Source: Eledone cirrhosa (Eukaryota). From it: DNA of 64,000 nt. The stretch covers positions 204,352,001 to 204,416,000 of the forward strand of contig OZ024740.1 in the NCBI GenBank assembly GCA_964016885.1, written 5' to 3'. Below are positions 19,524-33,400 of this stretch, in pieces. The translations under genes were made by a program, and so were the position numbers. The notes beneath the pieces were generated by a model, which was not told the origin of the DNA, searched no databases, and saw nothing but the letters and a program-made list of their open reading frames with translations. Within the stretch, counting starts at the first letter, position 1, and the number at the start of each line of letters is the position of its first letter.

Positions 19524-22500
19524 CCCCGTGACCAAGAAATACCGGGATGGCGGCCGGCGGGGAATAGCCGTGTCTCTAGGGGAGAACGACCCCTCTAGTC
19601 TTGGTTGACACTCGTTCTAGAAGTGGTAACACGAAATGATTACCCCTTGGCGGATAAGGATAAAACGCGACAAAATAAAGTAAATGTCTAATGATAAAAT
19701 CTCATACCGGATCGGCCGTCACCCGGGTAAAAAAGGGCCGCGTCCCTCAGAGAGGAACCAGACTGGGGTCGAAAAATCAGCTAATGGTTCAAACCTTCCC
19801 ATCACTTCGGAGCTGGAGACCTCCCATAACCGGAATACTCCTACTGTTGGCCCTCCATGCTCACCACCAAGAAATCCAAAGAAAAAGAGAGAAAAATGGT
19901 CAAGGGAAGATAATAAAGAAGTCCTTGAGGCTTTCTACACTGCCATGTACTACCCATCAAATACATCGAATACAGAACAGACATGTATCAACTGGAAAAA
20001 GAAACATCCCGAAAACAGAGGCTATATTGACAGTAACAAACTAGCCAATATACGAAGAAATATTGTAAGAAAAAAGTTACTAACTGATATAGAAATTGAT
20101 CAGATCAAGCTATTAGCACAAAGTCAGCGAAGGGAAAATGAAACATGTGTCAGTGAAAACGAGGTAAACTGTAACACTTCGAACCCCAGGGTTGGGGCGG
20201 AATCACTGGCAACAACAAATTAAAGAAAGGATCGAAAAAGTGGAGGGAGTGCATGCTCAGGATGAAACTCCAAATGAAAATAATGAGATCGTAAATGATA
20301 AAGAAATGAATGAGAATGAACTTGCCAACTTGAAGGATGAAATTATGATCGAATGGATGAAAATGAAAGAATCTGACATGGGGCAACGAGACACCCTCCC
20401 TAAGATCCAGAACTCCAAACAGAACCAAAAGATAATACACAAGACTAACATAATTCTCAAAAACATTATCATCACAAACAAACTAAACATTACTGATTTA
20501 AATCATCTCTATTATGCATCGGCTAAAGTCACCACTCACTTATGTGGAGTGAAGATGAAAAAACAAAGGAATTCCCACAAGAAATCTACTTGGCAAGAGA
20601 ACATCAATCGCCAAATAAACCTTCTCCGATCTGACATAGAAATTTTAACAAACTATAAAATAGGTGAACATGTTAAACAAACTAAACTTAGAAAATTGAA
20701 AAAAAAAGTACAGTATAAAATCAACATGTGACATAGACATGCTGATAGAAATAATCAAGCAAAAAGTGTCGGCCAAAGCTGCTCGTATAAGGCGCTTTGA
20801 AAAACGATCTAGATTCTATAAGGACAATAATATGTTCAAAAACAACCAAAGAAACTTCTACAGAAGAATTGGTAAGTCAACAATAACTGCTAAATCAATA
20901 CCACCCAAGGAGGAAGTGCAAGAATTCTGGGAAAAGATCTGGGCCGAAGAAAAGGTTCATAACATACATGCCCCATGGATAGACAGACAAATGAAAGATA
21001 CAGCTCACCTTGAGGAACAAATATGGGAAAATATAACAGTTGAACAGTTGCGCTTGGCTCTAAGAAAAACCAGCAAATGGAAATCCCCAGGAAAAGACAA
21101 AATACAAAACTTTTGGATAAATGCCTTCACAGAGTCTCATGAGCTGTTAGCCCAACTTTACAATGAAATAGTTAAGGAGCCAGAAAAGATACCATCATGG
21201 CTAGTTAACGGCATTACATTCCTGCTTCCGAAGAATGATGAGACAAACAATCCCCAAAATTACAGACCGATAACTTGCTTGACCACAATGTATAAAATTT
21301 TAACATCAGTCCTAACTGAATACACATATGACCACCTGATAACAAATGACCTATTTCCAGAAAGGGTGTAAACGAGGCTCATATGGCTGTAAGGATCAGC
21401 TTCTGGTTAACAAAATGATACTGGAAGATTGTCATAATAGACACAAAAATCTATCGATTGCTTGGATAGATTATAAAAAAGCATTCGATAGTTTGCCACA
21501 CAGTTGGATTGAAAAATGTTTAGAGATTTTCAAAATATCCCCCGTTGTCAGGAGGTCTTTGACATGGAAAACGACACTCCTTTTGAATAGTGAAACAAAA
21601 TCACTGGAAGCTGGAGAAGTTAATATGAATTGTGGAATTTTTCAGGGTGACTCTTTATCACCGCTTTTATTCTGCATCGCACTTATACCATTAAGTAAAA
21701 TGCTCAATGAAACAAAACATGGATATAAAGTCTATGACAAAACCATTAATCACCTGTTCTACATGGATGACCTGAAACTATTTGCAAAAAATGATGAACA
21801 ATTGCAAGGGCTATTATCCACTATGAAGCAGTTCAGTGATGACATTAAAATGGAGTTTGGACTAGATAAATGCGCCAAAGCAACGTTCACCAGAGGAAAG
21901 CTGCTGAAGAGTTCAGACATTAATCTTGATCGGGGGAACGTGATAAGAGAACTTGATCAAGAAAAAACTTACAAATATCTAGGTGTTTGTGAAGGAGACG
22001 GAATCAAGCACTCGACAATGAGGGAAAGGATAAGGAAGGAATGTTACCGCAGAGTAAGAGCAATCTTAAGAACGGAATTGAATGCAAGGAATAGGATCGA
22101 TGCCATAAACATGCTTGCCATACCAGTAGTAACCTACAGTTACAATGTCATCAACTGGTCAAGCACAGGGATATGTAGGCTCGATACAAAAATTCGAAAA
22201 TTCTTAACTATGCACAGAATGCATCACCCTAAGGCAGATATAGATAGAATATATCTCCCTAGGAAAGAAGGAGGACGTGGGTTAATCCAGTTAGACATTG
22301 CGTTGAAAACTGCAACAATTGGATTATCTACATATCTAAGGGAATCACATGATTGGATGATCAAACTCGTTTTGAAACACGAAAGCATCAAAAGATCATA
22401 TTCCATTACAAAAGATGCACAAAGATACAGTAATGGACTACAAATTTCAGAAGTCCCATTTACTGCTGAAATGGAAAACACAGAAAAAGCAAAGCAGGTA

Positions 22501-23453
22501 AAAGTAACCGCAAAGAAAGAACTGCTACAGAAACTGGCTAAGAAATGGCAAGAAAAGCCTCTGTATGGAAAATACCCAGAGCGAGCTAACAATCCTGATG
22601 TTGACAAAACTTTAACCCATCAGTGGTTGGCATCCTCTGGACTGAAATCGGAGACTGAAGGACTGATTATATCAGCACAAGATCAGTGTCTGCCAACAAA
22701 AAATTACCAAGCCAACATAATAAAAAATGGATGCAGCCCATTATACCGTGTATGCAAAAAACAACAAGAGACCATTGACCATATAATTTCAATGTGCAGT
22801 CCTATAGCTCCAACCGAATACCTAAACAGGCATGACAGAGCTGCACAATACATACATTGGATAATGTGTAAGCATTTTGACCTGCCCCATCAAAAGAATT
22901 GGTGGGAGCATCAACCACCTCCCATACTTGAAAAAGATCACATCTCAATTCTGTGGAACTTTAGCATCCAAACAGACCGAAAAATAGATGCAAATAGACC
23001 TGATATAATATTGAAGGACTTTCAAAAGAGGGTATGCCTGCTAATTGATATGTCTGTTCCAATAGACAAGAATGTATCTATAAAAACATTTGAAAAATTG
23101 AGCAAGTATAAGGACCTGGAGATAGAAATTGGAAAAATGTGGAAATTGAGAACTAAAACAATACCAGTGGTTGTAGGCGCTCTGAGAATGATACCTAAGG
23201 GGTCTAATGATTACTTATCGCAGATCCCAGGAAACCCGCGTATAGGAGAAATACAAAAGATAGTACTAATGGGAACTGCCCATATACTAAGGAAGATTCT
23301 GTCAATATAAGTACATCACAAGTCTAAACACTAAAGATGCATGTGTGAGTATGTATGTTCTTCCTTGAACATGGCGAACCTTGTTGTCTCTTGAGGTCAC
23401 TGGTTGTGACTTGGTGATAACTCGTATGAACATAAAGCAAGATAAATGCAACT

Positions 23454-23503
<50 letters not shown>
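19524..23503 (+). mobile_element. Near full-length R4/Dong-clade RLE LINE with frameshifts and a (TAA)n tail
   Basis: ORF pieces at 19684-20223, 20192-20731, 20739-21371 and 21346-23310. Motifs: N-terminal REKWSREDN, WKSPGKD, YRPITCL, DYKKAFD, GIFQGD, YMDDLK, GGRGL, a damaged CCHC (YRVC..HIISMC), RHD and RPDII..LIDMSVP. Confidence 0.92.
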
Positions 23504-23841
23504 TTCTACTATGGGCACAAGACCAGCAATTTTGGGGGAGGGGAAAGTCGATTAAATCGAACCCAGTGTATTACTGGTACTTTATTTTATCGACCTCGAA
23601 AGTATGAAAGGCAAGGCTAACCTCGGCGGGATTTGAACTCAGACCGTAACTATAATAATAATTCTTTCTACTTTTGGCACAAGGCCAGAAATCACCAGTG
23701 CATTACTGGTACTTTATTTTATCGACCCCGTAAGGATGAAAGGCAAAGTCAACCTCGGCGGGATTTGAACTCAGATCGTTAAGGGACGTAACTATCCTGG
23801 AAAGCATGGCGTCCGACCCTCTACCGATACTGCCAATCCAC
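23502..23841 (-). mobile_element. Two adjacent minus-strand tRNA-derived SINE copies (23502-23651 truncated; 23661-23841)
   Basis: Both are reverse complements of the SINE at 1492-1680. Confidence 0.82.
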
Positions 23842-24129
23842 TAATGCTTGTTAAATAAATGGGGCCAATTACTCCTGGAGATGAAAAACAGTGAACAGAG
23901 ATACATCTCTCGTATGGCCGATAGACAAGAGATCTATGATTTGATTTCCCCGTAGGTGTTTCTTTTCATTTGTTCGACTCCAGATTTATTCAAGTATTTT
24001 TTTTTTAAAGGCATCCAGTATTATTATAGTTTTCTGCAATATGGCGATTATATTTTCAAATTTTAAATATTTTTTATTCCTTTGTCATTCACTATCTATC
24101 TATAATGGTTTGCTGCATGTTATTTTCAG

Positions 24130-24150
24130 GTTCACCACCATCAATGCCTG
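24130..24150 (+). CDS. Candidate 21-nt microexon of the SRCR gene
   Basis: Strong acceptor gttattttcAG and donor TG/GTaaga. Frame-preserving: GSPPSMP in phase 1 or (R)FTTINA in phase 2. Confidence 0.4.
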
Positions 24151-24440
24151 GTAAGAACAATATCATTGGCTGAGCCGCCATCTTGAAGTATTTCTATTAC
24201 TATTTTGGTTTTTATTTTACTTCTATTAATGAATAAAATTTTATATAGTCAATAATTTCAGCACGTCTTGCTCATATTAGTTTTATTTTTGTTGTTGATA
24301 TGTGTGATGTGATTAAGGACTTTGCTGCAGATGCTGACGTGGTTGTATGGTTAAGCAGTTTCTTATAGATCCAGACGGGGCTGTGTTGTTAAGGAGTTTA
24401 TTATAGACCCAGACGTGGTTGTGTTGTTAAGAAGTTTATT

Positions 24441-27400
24441 ATAGACCCAGACGTGGCGGTGTTGTTAAGAAGTTCGTTATAGACATAGACGTGGCTGTGT
24501 TATTAAGGAGTTTCTTATAGACCCAGACGTGGCTGTGTTGTTAAGGAGTTTGTTATAGACCATGACGTGGCAGTGTTGTTAAGGAGTTTGTTATAGACCC
24601 AGATGTGGCTGTGTTGTTAAGGAGTTTATTATAGACACAGACGTGGCTGTGTTGTTAAGGAGTTCGTTATCGACCCAGGCGTGGCTGTGTTATTAAGGAG
24701 TTTCTTATAGACCCAGACGTGGCTGTGTTATTAAGGAGATTCTTATAGACCCAGACGTGGCTGTGTTATTAAGGAGTTTGTTATAGACCAAGACGTGGCT
24801 GTGTTGTTAAGGAGTTCGTTATAGACCCAGACATGGTTGTGTTATTAAGGAGTTTGTAGTAGACCCAGACATGGTGGTGTTGTTAAGGAGTTTATTATAG
24901 ACCCAGACTATGGCTGTGTTATTAAGGAGTTTATTATAGACCCAGACGTGTCTGTGTTGTTAAGGTGTTCATTATAGACCCAGACGTGGCTGTGTTATTA
25001 AGGAGTTCGTTATAGACACAGACGGGGCTGTGTTGTTAAGGAGTTCATTATAGACCCAGACGTGGCTGTGTTGTTAAGGACTTTGTTATAGACCCAGACG
25101 TGGCTGTGTTATAGACCCAGACGTGGCTGTGTTATAGACCCAGACGTGGCTGTGTTATAGACCCAGACGTGGCTATGTTATTAAGAAGTTTCTTATAGAC
25201 CCAGACGTGGCTGTGTTATTAAGGAGTTTGTTATAGACTCAAACGTGGCTGTGTTATTAAGGAGTTTGTTATAGCCCCAGATCGGCTGTGTTGTTAAGGA
25301 GTTCGTTATAGACACAGACGGGGCTGTGTTATTAAGGAGTTTATTATAGACCCCGACGTGGCTGTGTTATTAAGGGGTTTCTTATAGACCCAGACGTGGC
25401 TGTGTTATGAAGGAGTTTATTATAGACCCAGACGTCGCGGTGTTGTACAGGAGTTCGTTATAGACCCAGACGTGGCTTTGTTATTAAGGAGTTTATTATA
25501 GACCCAGACGTTGCTGTGTTGTTAAGGAGTTTGTTATAGACCCAGACGTGGCTGTGTTGTTAAGTAGTTCGTTATAGACCCAGACATAGTTGTGTTATTA
25601 AGGAGTTTGTAGTAGACCCAGACATGGTGGTGTTGTTAAGGAGTTTATTATAGACCCAGACTATGGCTGTGTTATTAAGGAGTTTATTATAGACCCAGAC
25701 GTGTCTGTGTTGTTAAGGTGTTCATTATAGACCAAGACGTGGCTGTGTTATTAAGGAGTTCGTTATAGACACAGATGGGGCTGTGTTGTTAAGGAGTTCA
25801 TTATAGACCCAGACGTGGCTGTGTTGTTAAGGAGTTTGTTATAGACCCACACGTGGCTGTGTTATAGACCCAGACGTGGCTGTGTTATAGACCGAGACGT
25901 GGCTATGTTATTAAGAAGTTTCTTATAGACCCAGACGTGGCTGTGTTGTTAAGGAGTTTGTTATAGACTCAGACGTGGCTGTGTTATTAAGGAGTTTGTT
26001 ATAGCCCCAGATCGGCTGTGTTGTTAAGGAGTTCGTTATAGACACAGACGGGGCTGTGTTATTAAGGAGTTTATTATAGACACAGACGTGGCTGTGTTAT
26101 TAAGGGTTTCTTATAGACCCAGACGTGGCTCTGTTGTTAAGGAGTTCGTTATAGACACAGACGGGGCTGTGTTGTTAAGGAGTTTCTTATAGACCCAGAC
26201 GTGGCTGTGTTCTTAAGGAGTTCGTTATAGACACAGACGGGGCTGTGAAGTTAAGGAGTTTGTTATAGACCCAGACGTGACTGTGTTATTAAGGAGTTTA
26301 TTATAGACCCAGACGTGGCTGTGTTGTTAAGGAGTTCGTTATAGACACAGACGGGGCTGTGTTATTAAGGAGTTTATTATAGACCCAGACGTGGCTGTGT
26401 TGTTAAGGAGTTCGTTATAGACCCAGGCGTGGCTGTGTTATTAAGGAGTTTATTATAGACCCAGACGTGGCTGTGTTATTAAGGAGTTTGTTATAGACCC
26501 AGACGTGGCTATGTTATTAAGGAGTTTCTTATAGACCCAGACGTGGCTGTGTTGGTAAGGAGTTTGTTATAGACACAGACGTGATTGTGTTGTTAAGGAG
26601 TTCGTTATCGACCCAGGCTTGGCTGTGTTATTAAGGAGTTTCTTATAGACCCAGACGTGGCTGTTTTATTAAGGAGATTCTTATAGACCCAGACGTGGCT
26701 GTGTTATTAAGGAGTTTGTTATAGACCCAGACGTGGCTGTGTTGTTAAGGAGTTCGTTATAGACGCAGACGGGGCTTTGTTGTTAAGGAGTTTCATATAG
26801 ACCCAGACGGGGCTGTGTTGTTAAGGAGTTCGTTATAGACTCAGACGGGGCTGTGTTGTTAAGGAGTTTCATATAGACCCAGACGGGGCTGTGTTGTTAA
26901 GGAGTTTCTTATAGACCGAGACGGGGCTGTGTTGTTAAGGAGTTTCTTATAGACCCAGACGTGGCTGTGTTGTTAAGGAGTTCGTTATAGACACAGACGT
27001 GGCTGTGTTGTTAAGGAGTTTCTTATAGACCCAGACGTGGGTGTGTTGTTAAGGAGTTCGTTATAGACACAGACGGGGCTGTGAAGTTAAGGAGTTTGTT
27101 ATAGACCCAGACGTGACTGTGTTATTAAGGAGTTTATTATAGACCCAGACGTGGCTGTGTTGTTAAGGAGTTTGTTAAATACTCAGACGTGGCTGTGTTA
27201 TTTAGGAGTTTGTTATAGCCCCAGATCGGCTGTGTTGTTAAGGAGTTCGTTATAGACACAGACGGTGCTGTGTTATTAAGGAGTTTATTATAGACCCAGA
27301 CGTGGCTGTGTTATTAAGGGGTTTCTTATAGACCCAGACGTGGCTGTGTTATTAAGGAGTTTATTATAGACCCAGACGTTGCTGTCTTATTAAGGAGTTT

Positions 27401-30400
27401 GTTATAGACCCAGACGTGGCTGTGTTGTTAAGGAGTTCGTTATAGACACAGACGGGGCTGTGTTGTTAAGGAGTTCATTATAGACCCAGACGTGGCTGTG
27501 TTATTAAGGAGTTTGTTATAGACCCAGACGTGGCTGTGTTATAGACCCAGACGTGGCTATGTTATTAAGATTTTTCTTATAGACCCAGACGTGGCTGTGT
27601 TGTTAAGGAGTTTGTTATAGACTCAGACGTGGCTGTGTTATTAAGGAGTTTGTTATAGCCCCAGATCGGCTGTGTTGTTAAGGAGTTCGTTATAGACACA
27701 GACGGGGCTGTGTTATTAAGGAGTTTATTATAGACCCAGACGTGGCTGTGTTATTAAGGGTTTCTCATAGACCCAGGCGTGGCTGTGTTATTAAGGAGTT
27801 TATTATAGACCCAGACGTGGCTGTGTTATTAAGGAGTTTGTTATAGACCCAGACGTGGCTATGTTATTAAGGAGTTTCTTATAGACCCAGACGTGGCTGT
27901 GTTGGTAAGGAGTTTGTTATAGACACAGACGTGATTGTGTTGTTAAGGAGTTCGTTATCGACCCAGGCTTGGCTGTGTTATTAAGGAGTTTCTTATAGAC
28001 CCAGACGTGGCTGTTTTATTAAGGAGATTCTTATAGACCCAGACGTGGCTGTGTTATTAAGGAGTTTGTTATAGACCCAGACGTGGCTGTGTTGTTAAGG
28101 AGTTCGTTATAGACGCAGACGGGGCTTTGTTGTTAAGGAGTTTCATATAGACCCAGACGGGGCTGTGTTGTTAAGGAGTTCGTTATAGACTCAGACGGGG
28201 CTGTGGTGTTAAGGAGTTTCATATAGACCCAGACGGGGCTGTGTTGTTAAGGAGTTTCTTATAGACCGAGACGGGGCTGTGTTGTTAAGGAGTTTCTTAT
28301 AGACCCAGACGTGGCTGTGTTGTTAAGGAGTTCGTTATAGACACAGACGTGGCTGTGTTGTTAAGGAGTTTATTATAGACCCAGACGTGGCGGTGTTGTT
28401 AAGGAGTTCGTTATAGACCCAGACGTTGCTGTGTTATTAAGGAGTTTGTTATAGACCCAGACGTGGCTGTGTTGTTAAGGAGTTCGTTATAGACACAGAC
28501 GGGGCTGTGTTGTTAAGGAGTTCATTATAGACCCAGACGTGGCTGTGTTATTAAGGAGTTTGTTATAGACCCAGACGTGGCTGTGTTATAGACCCAGACG
28601 TGGCTATGTTATTAAGAAGTTTCTTATAGACCCAGACGTGGCTGTGTTGTTAAGGCGTTTGTTATCGACTCAGACGTGGCTGTGTTATTAAGGAGTTTGT
28701 TATAGCCCCAGATCGGCTGTGTTGTTAAGGAGTTCGTTATAGACACAGACGGGGCTGTGTTATTAAGGAGTTTATTATAGACCCAGACGTGGCTGTGTTA
28801 TTAAGGGTTTCTCATAGACCCAGGCGTGGCTGTGTTATTAAGGAGTTTATTATAGACCCAGACGTGGCTGCGTTGTTAAGGAGTTCGTTATAGACCCAGA
28901 GGTGGCTGTGTTATTAAGGAGTTTATTATAGACCCAGACGTGGCTGTGTTATTAAGGAGTTTGTTATAGACCCAGACGTGGCTGCGTTGTTAAGGAGTTC
29001 GTTATAGACCCAGAGGTGGCTGTGTTATTAAGGAGTTTATTATAGACCCAGACGTGGCTGTGTTATTAAGGAGTTTGTTATAGACCCAGACGTGGCCGTG
29101 TTGTTAAGGCGTTTGTTATAGACACTGACGTGATTGTGTTGTTAAGGAGTTCGTTATCGACACAGGCTTGGCTGTGTTATTAAGGAGTTTCTTATAGACA
29201 CAGAGGTGGCAGTGTTATTAAGGAGATTCTTATAGACCCAGACGTGGCTGTGTTATTAAGGAGTTAGTTATAGACCCAGACGTGGCTGTGTTGTTAAGGA
29301 GTTCGTTATAGACGCAGACGGGGCTGTGTTGTTAAGGAGTATCTTATAGACCCAGACGTGGCTGTGTTGCTAAGGAGTTCATTATAGACTCAGACGTGGC
29401 TGTGTTATTAAGGAGTTTATTATAGACCCAGACGTGGCTGTGTTATTAACGGGTTTCTTATAGACCCAGACGTGGCTGTGTTATTAAGGAGTTTATTATA
29501 GACCCAGATGTGGCGGTGTTGTTAAGGGGTTCGTTATAGACCCAGACGTGGCTGTGTTATTAAGGAGTTTATTATAGACCCAGACGTGGATGTGTTATTA
29601 AGGAGTTTGTTATAGACCCAAACGTGGCTGTGTTATTAAGGAGTTTGTTATAGCCCCAGATCGGCTGTGTTGTTAAGGAGTTCGTTATAGACACAGACGG
29701 GGCTGTGATATTAAGGTGTTTATTATAGACCCAGACGTGGCTGTGTTATTAAGGGGTTTCTTATAGACCCAGACGTGGCTGTGTTATTAAGGAGTTTATT
29801 ATAGACCGAGACGTGGCGGTGTTGTTAAGGAGTTCGTTATAGACCCAGACGTGGCGGTGTTGTTAAGAAGTTCGTTATAGACATAGACGTGGCTGTGTTA
29901 TTAAGGAGTTTCTTATAGACCCAGACGTGGCTGTGTTGTTAAGGAGTTTGTTATAGACCATGACGTGGCAGTGTTGTTAAGGAGTTTGTTATAGACCCAG
30001 ATGTGGCTGTGTTGTTAAGGAGTTTATTATAGACACAGACGTGGCTGTGTTGTTAAGGAGTTCGTTATCGACCCAGGCGTGGCTGTGTTATTAAGGAGTT
30101 TCTTATAGACCCAGACGTGGCTGTGTTATTAAGGAGTTTGTTATAGACCAAGACGTGGCTGTGTTGTTAAGGAGTTCGTTATACACCCAGACATGGTTGT
30201 GTTATTAAGGAGTTTGTAGTAGACCCAGACATGGTGGTGTTGTTAAGGAGTTTATTATAGACCCAGACTATGGCTGTGTTATTAAGGAGTTTATTATAGA
30301 CCCAGACGTGTCTGTGTTGTTAAGGTGTTCATTATAGACCCAGACGTGGCTGTGTTATTAAGGAGTTCGTTATAGACACAGACGGGGCTGTGTTGTTAAG

Positions 30401-33400
30401 GAGTTCATTATAGACCCAGACGTGGGTGTGTTGTTAAGGAGTTTGTTATAGACCCAGACGTGGCTGTGTTATAGACCCAGACGTGGCTGTGTTATTAAGG
30501 AGTTTGTTATAGACTCAAACGTGGCTGTGTTATTAAGGAGTTTGTTATAGCCCCAGATCGGCTGTGTTGTTAAGGAGTTCGTTATAGACACAGACGGGGC
30601 TGTGTTATTAAGGAGTTTATTATAGACCCCGACGTGGCTGTGTTATTAAGGGGTTTCTTATAGACCCAGACGTGGCTGTGTTATGAAGGAGTTTATTATA
30701 GACCCAGACGTCGCGGTGTTGTACAGGAGTTCGTTATAGACCCAGACGTGGCTTTGTTATTAAGGAGTTTATTATAGACCCAGACGTTGCTGTGTTGTTA
30801 AGGAGTTTGTTATAGACCCAGACGTGGCTGTGTTGTTAAGTAGTTCGTTATAGACCCAGACATAGTTGTGTTATTAAGGAGTTTGTAGTAGACCCAGACA
30901 TGGTGGTGTTGTTAAGGAGTTTATTATAGACCCAGACTATGGCTGTGTTATTAAGGAGTTTATTATAGACCCAGACGTGTCTGTGTTGTTAAGGTGTTCA
31001 TTATAGACCAAGACGTGGCTGTGTTATTAAGGAGTTCGTTATAGACACAGATGGGGCTGTGTTGTTAAGCAGTTCATTATAGACCCAGACGTGGCTGTGT
31101 TGTTAAGGAGTTTGTTATAGACCCACACGTGGCTGTGTTATAGACCCAGACGTGGCTGTGTTATAGACCGAGACGTGGCTATGTTATTAAGAAGTTTCTT
31201 ATAGACCCAGACGTGGCTGTGTTGTTAAGGAGTTTGTTATAGACTCAGACGTGGCTGTGTTATTAAGGAGTTTGTTATAGCCCCAGATCGGCTGTGTTGT
31301 TAAGGAGTTCGTTATAGACACAGACGGGGCTGTGTTATTAAGGAGTTTATTATAGACACAGACGTGGCTGTGTTATTAAGGGTTTCTTATAGACCCAGAC
31401 GTGGCTCTGTTGTTAAGGAGTTCGTTATAGACACAGACGGGGCTGTGTTGTTAAGGAGTTTCTTATAGACCCAGACGTGGCTGTGTTCTTAAGGAGTTCG
31501 TTATAGACACAGACGGGGCTGTGAAGTTAAGGAGTTTGTTATAGACCCAGACGTGACTGTGTTATTAAGGAGTTTATTATAGACCCAGACGTGGCTGTGT
31601 TGTTAAGGAGTTCGTTATAGACACAGACGGGGCTGTGTTATTAAGGAGTTTATTATAGACCCAGACGTGGCTGTGTTGTTAAGGAGTTCGTTATAGACCC
31701 AGGCGTGGCTGTGTTATTAAGGAGTTTATTATAGACCCAGACGTGGCTGTGTTATTAAGGAGTTTGTTATAGACCCAGACGTGGCTATGTTATTAAGGAG
31801 TTTCTTATAGACCCAGACGTGGCTGTGTTGGTAAGGAGTTTGTTATAGACACAGACGTGATTGTGTTGTTAAGGAGTTCGTTATCGACCCAGGCTTGGCT
31901 GTGTTATTAAGGAGTTTCTTATAGACCCAGACGTGGCTGTTTTATTAAGGAGATTCTTATAGACCCAGACGTGGCTGTGTTATTAAGGAGTTTGTTATAG
32001 ACCCAGACGTGGCTGTGTTGTTAAGGAGTTCGTTATAGACGCAGACGGGGCTTTGTTGTTAAGGAGTTTCATATAGACCCAGACGGGGCTGTGTTGTTAA
32101 GGAGTTCGTTATAGACTCAGACGGGGCTGTGTTGTTAAGGAGTTTCATATAGACCCAGACGGGGCTGTGTTGTTAAGGAGTTTCTTAAAGACCGAGACGG
32201 GGCTGTGTTGTTAAGGAGTTTCTTATAGACCCAGACGTGGCTGTGTTGTTAAGGAGTTCGTTATAGACACAGACGTGGCTGTGTTGTTAAGGAGTTTCTT
32301 ATAGACCCAGACGTGGGTGTGTTGTTAAGGAGTTCGTTATAGACACAGACGGGGCTGTGAAGTTAAGGAGTTTGTTATAGACCCAGACGTGACTGTGTTA
32401 TTAAGGAGTTTATTATAGACCCAGACGTGGCTGTGTTGTTAAGGAGTTTGTTAAATACTCAGACGTGGCTGTGTTATTTAGGAGTTTGTTATAGCCCCAG
32501 ATCGGCTGTGTTGTTAAGGAGTTCGTTATAGACACAGACGGTGCTGTGTTATTAAGGAGTTTATTATAGACCCAGACGTGGCTGTGTTATTAAGGGGTTT
32601 CTTATAGACCCAGACGTGGCTGTGTTATTAAGGAGTTTATTATAGACCCAGACGTTGCTGTGTTATTAAGGAGTTTGTTATAGACCCAGACGTGGCTGTG
32701 TTGTTAAGGAGTTCGTTATAGACACAGACGGGGCTGTGTTGTTAAGGAGTTCATTATAGACCCAGACGTGGCTGTGTTATTAAGGAGTTTGTTATAGACC
32801 CAGACGTGGCTGTGTTATAGACCCAGACGTGGCTATGTTATTAAGAAGTTTCTTATAGACCCAGACGTGGCTGTGTTGTTAAGGAGTTTGTTATAGACTC
32901 CGACGTGGCTGTGTTATTAAGGAGTTTGTTATAGCCCCAGATCGGCTGTGTTGTTAAGGAGTTCGTTATAGACACAGACGGGGCTGTGTTATTAAGGAGT
33001 TTATTATAGACCCAGACGTGGCTGTGTTATTAAGGGTTTCTCATAGACCCAGGCGTGGCTGTGTTATTAAGGAGTTTATTATAGACCCAGACGTGGCTGT
33101 GTTATTAAGGAGTTTGTTATAGACCCAGACGTGGCTATGTTATTAAGAAGTTTCTTATAGACCCAGACGTGGCTGTGTTGGTAAGGAGTTTGTTATAGAC
33201 ACAGACGTGATTGTGTTGTTAAGGAGTTCGTTATCGACCCAGGCTTGGCTGTTTTATTAAGGAGATTCTTATAGACCCAGACGTGGCTGTGTTATTAAGG
33301 AGTTTGTTATAGACCCAGACGTGGCTGTGTTGTTAAGGAGTTCGTTATAGACGCAGACGGGGCTTTGTTGTTAAGGAGTTTCATATAGACCCAGACGGGG

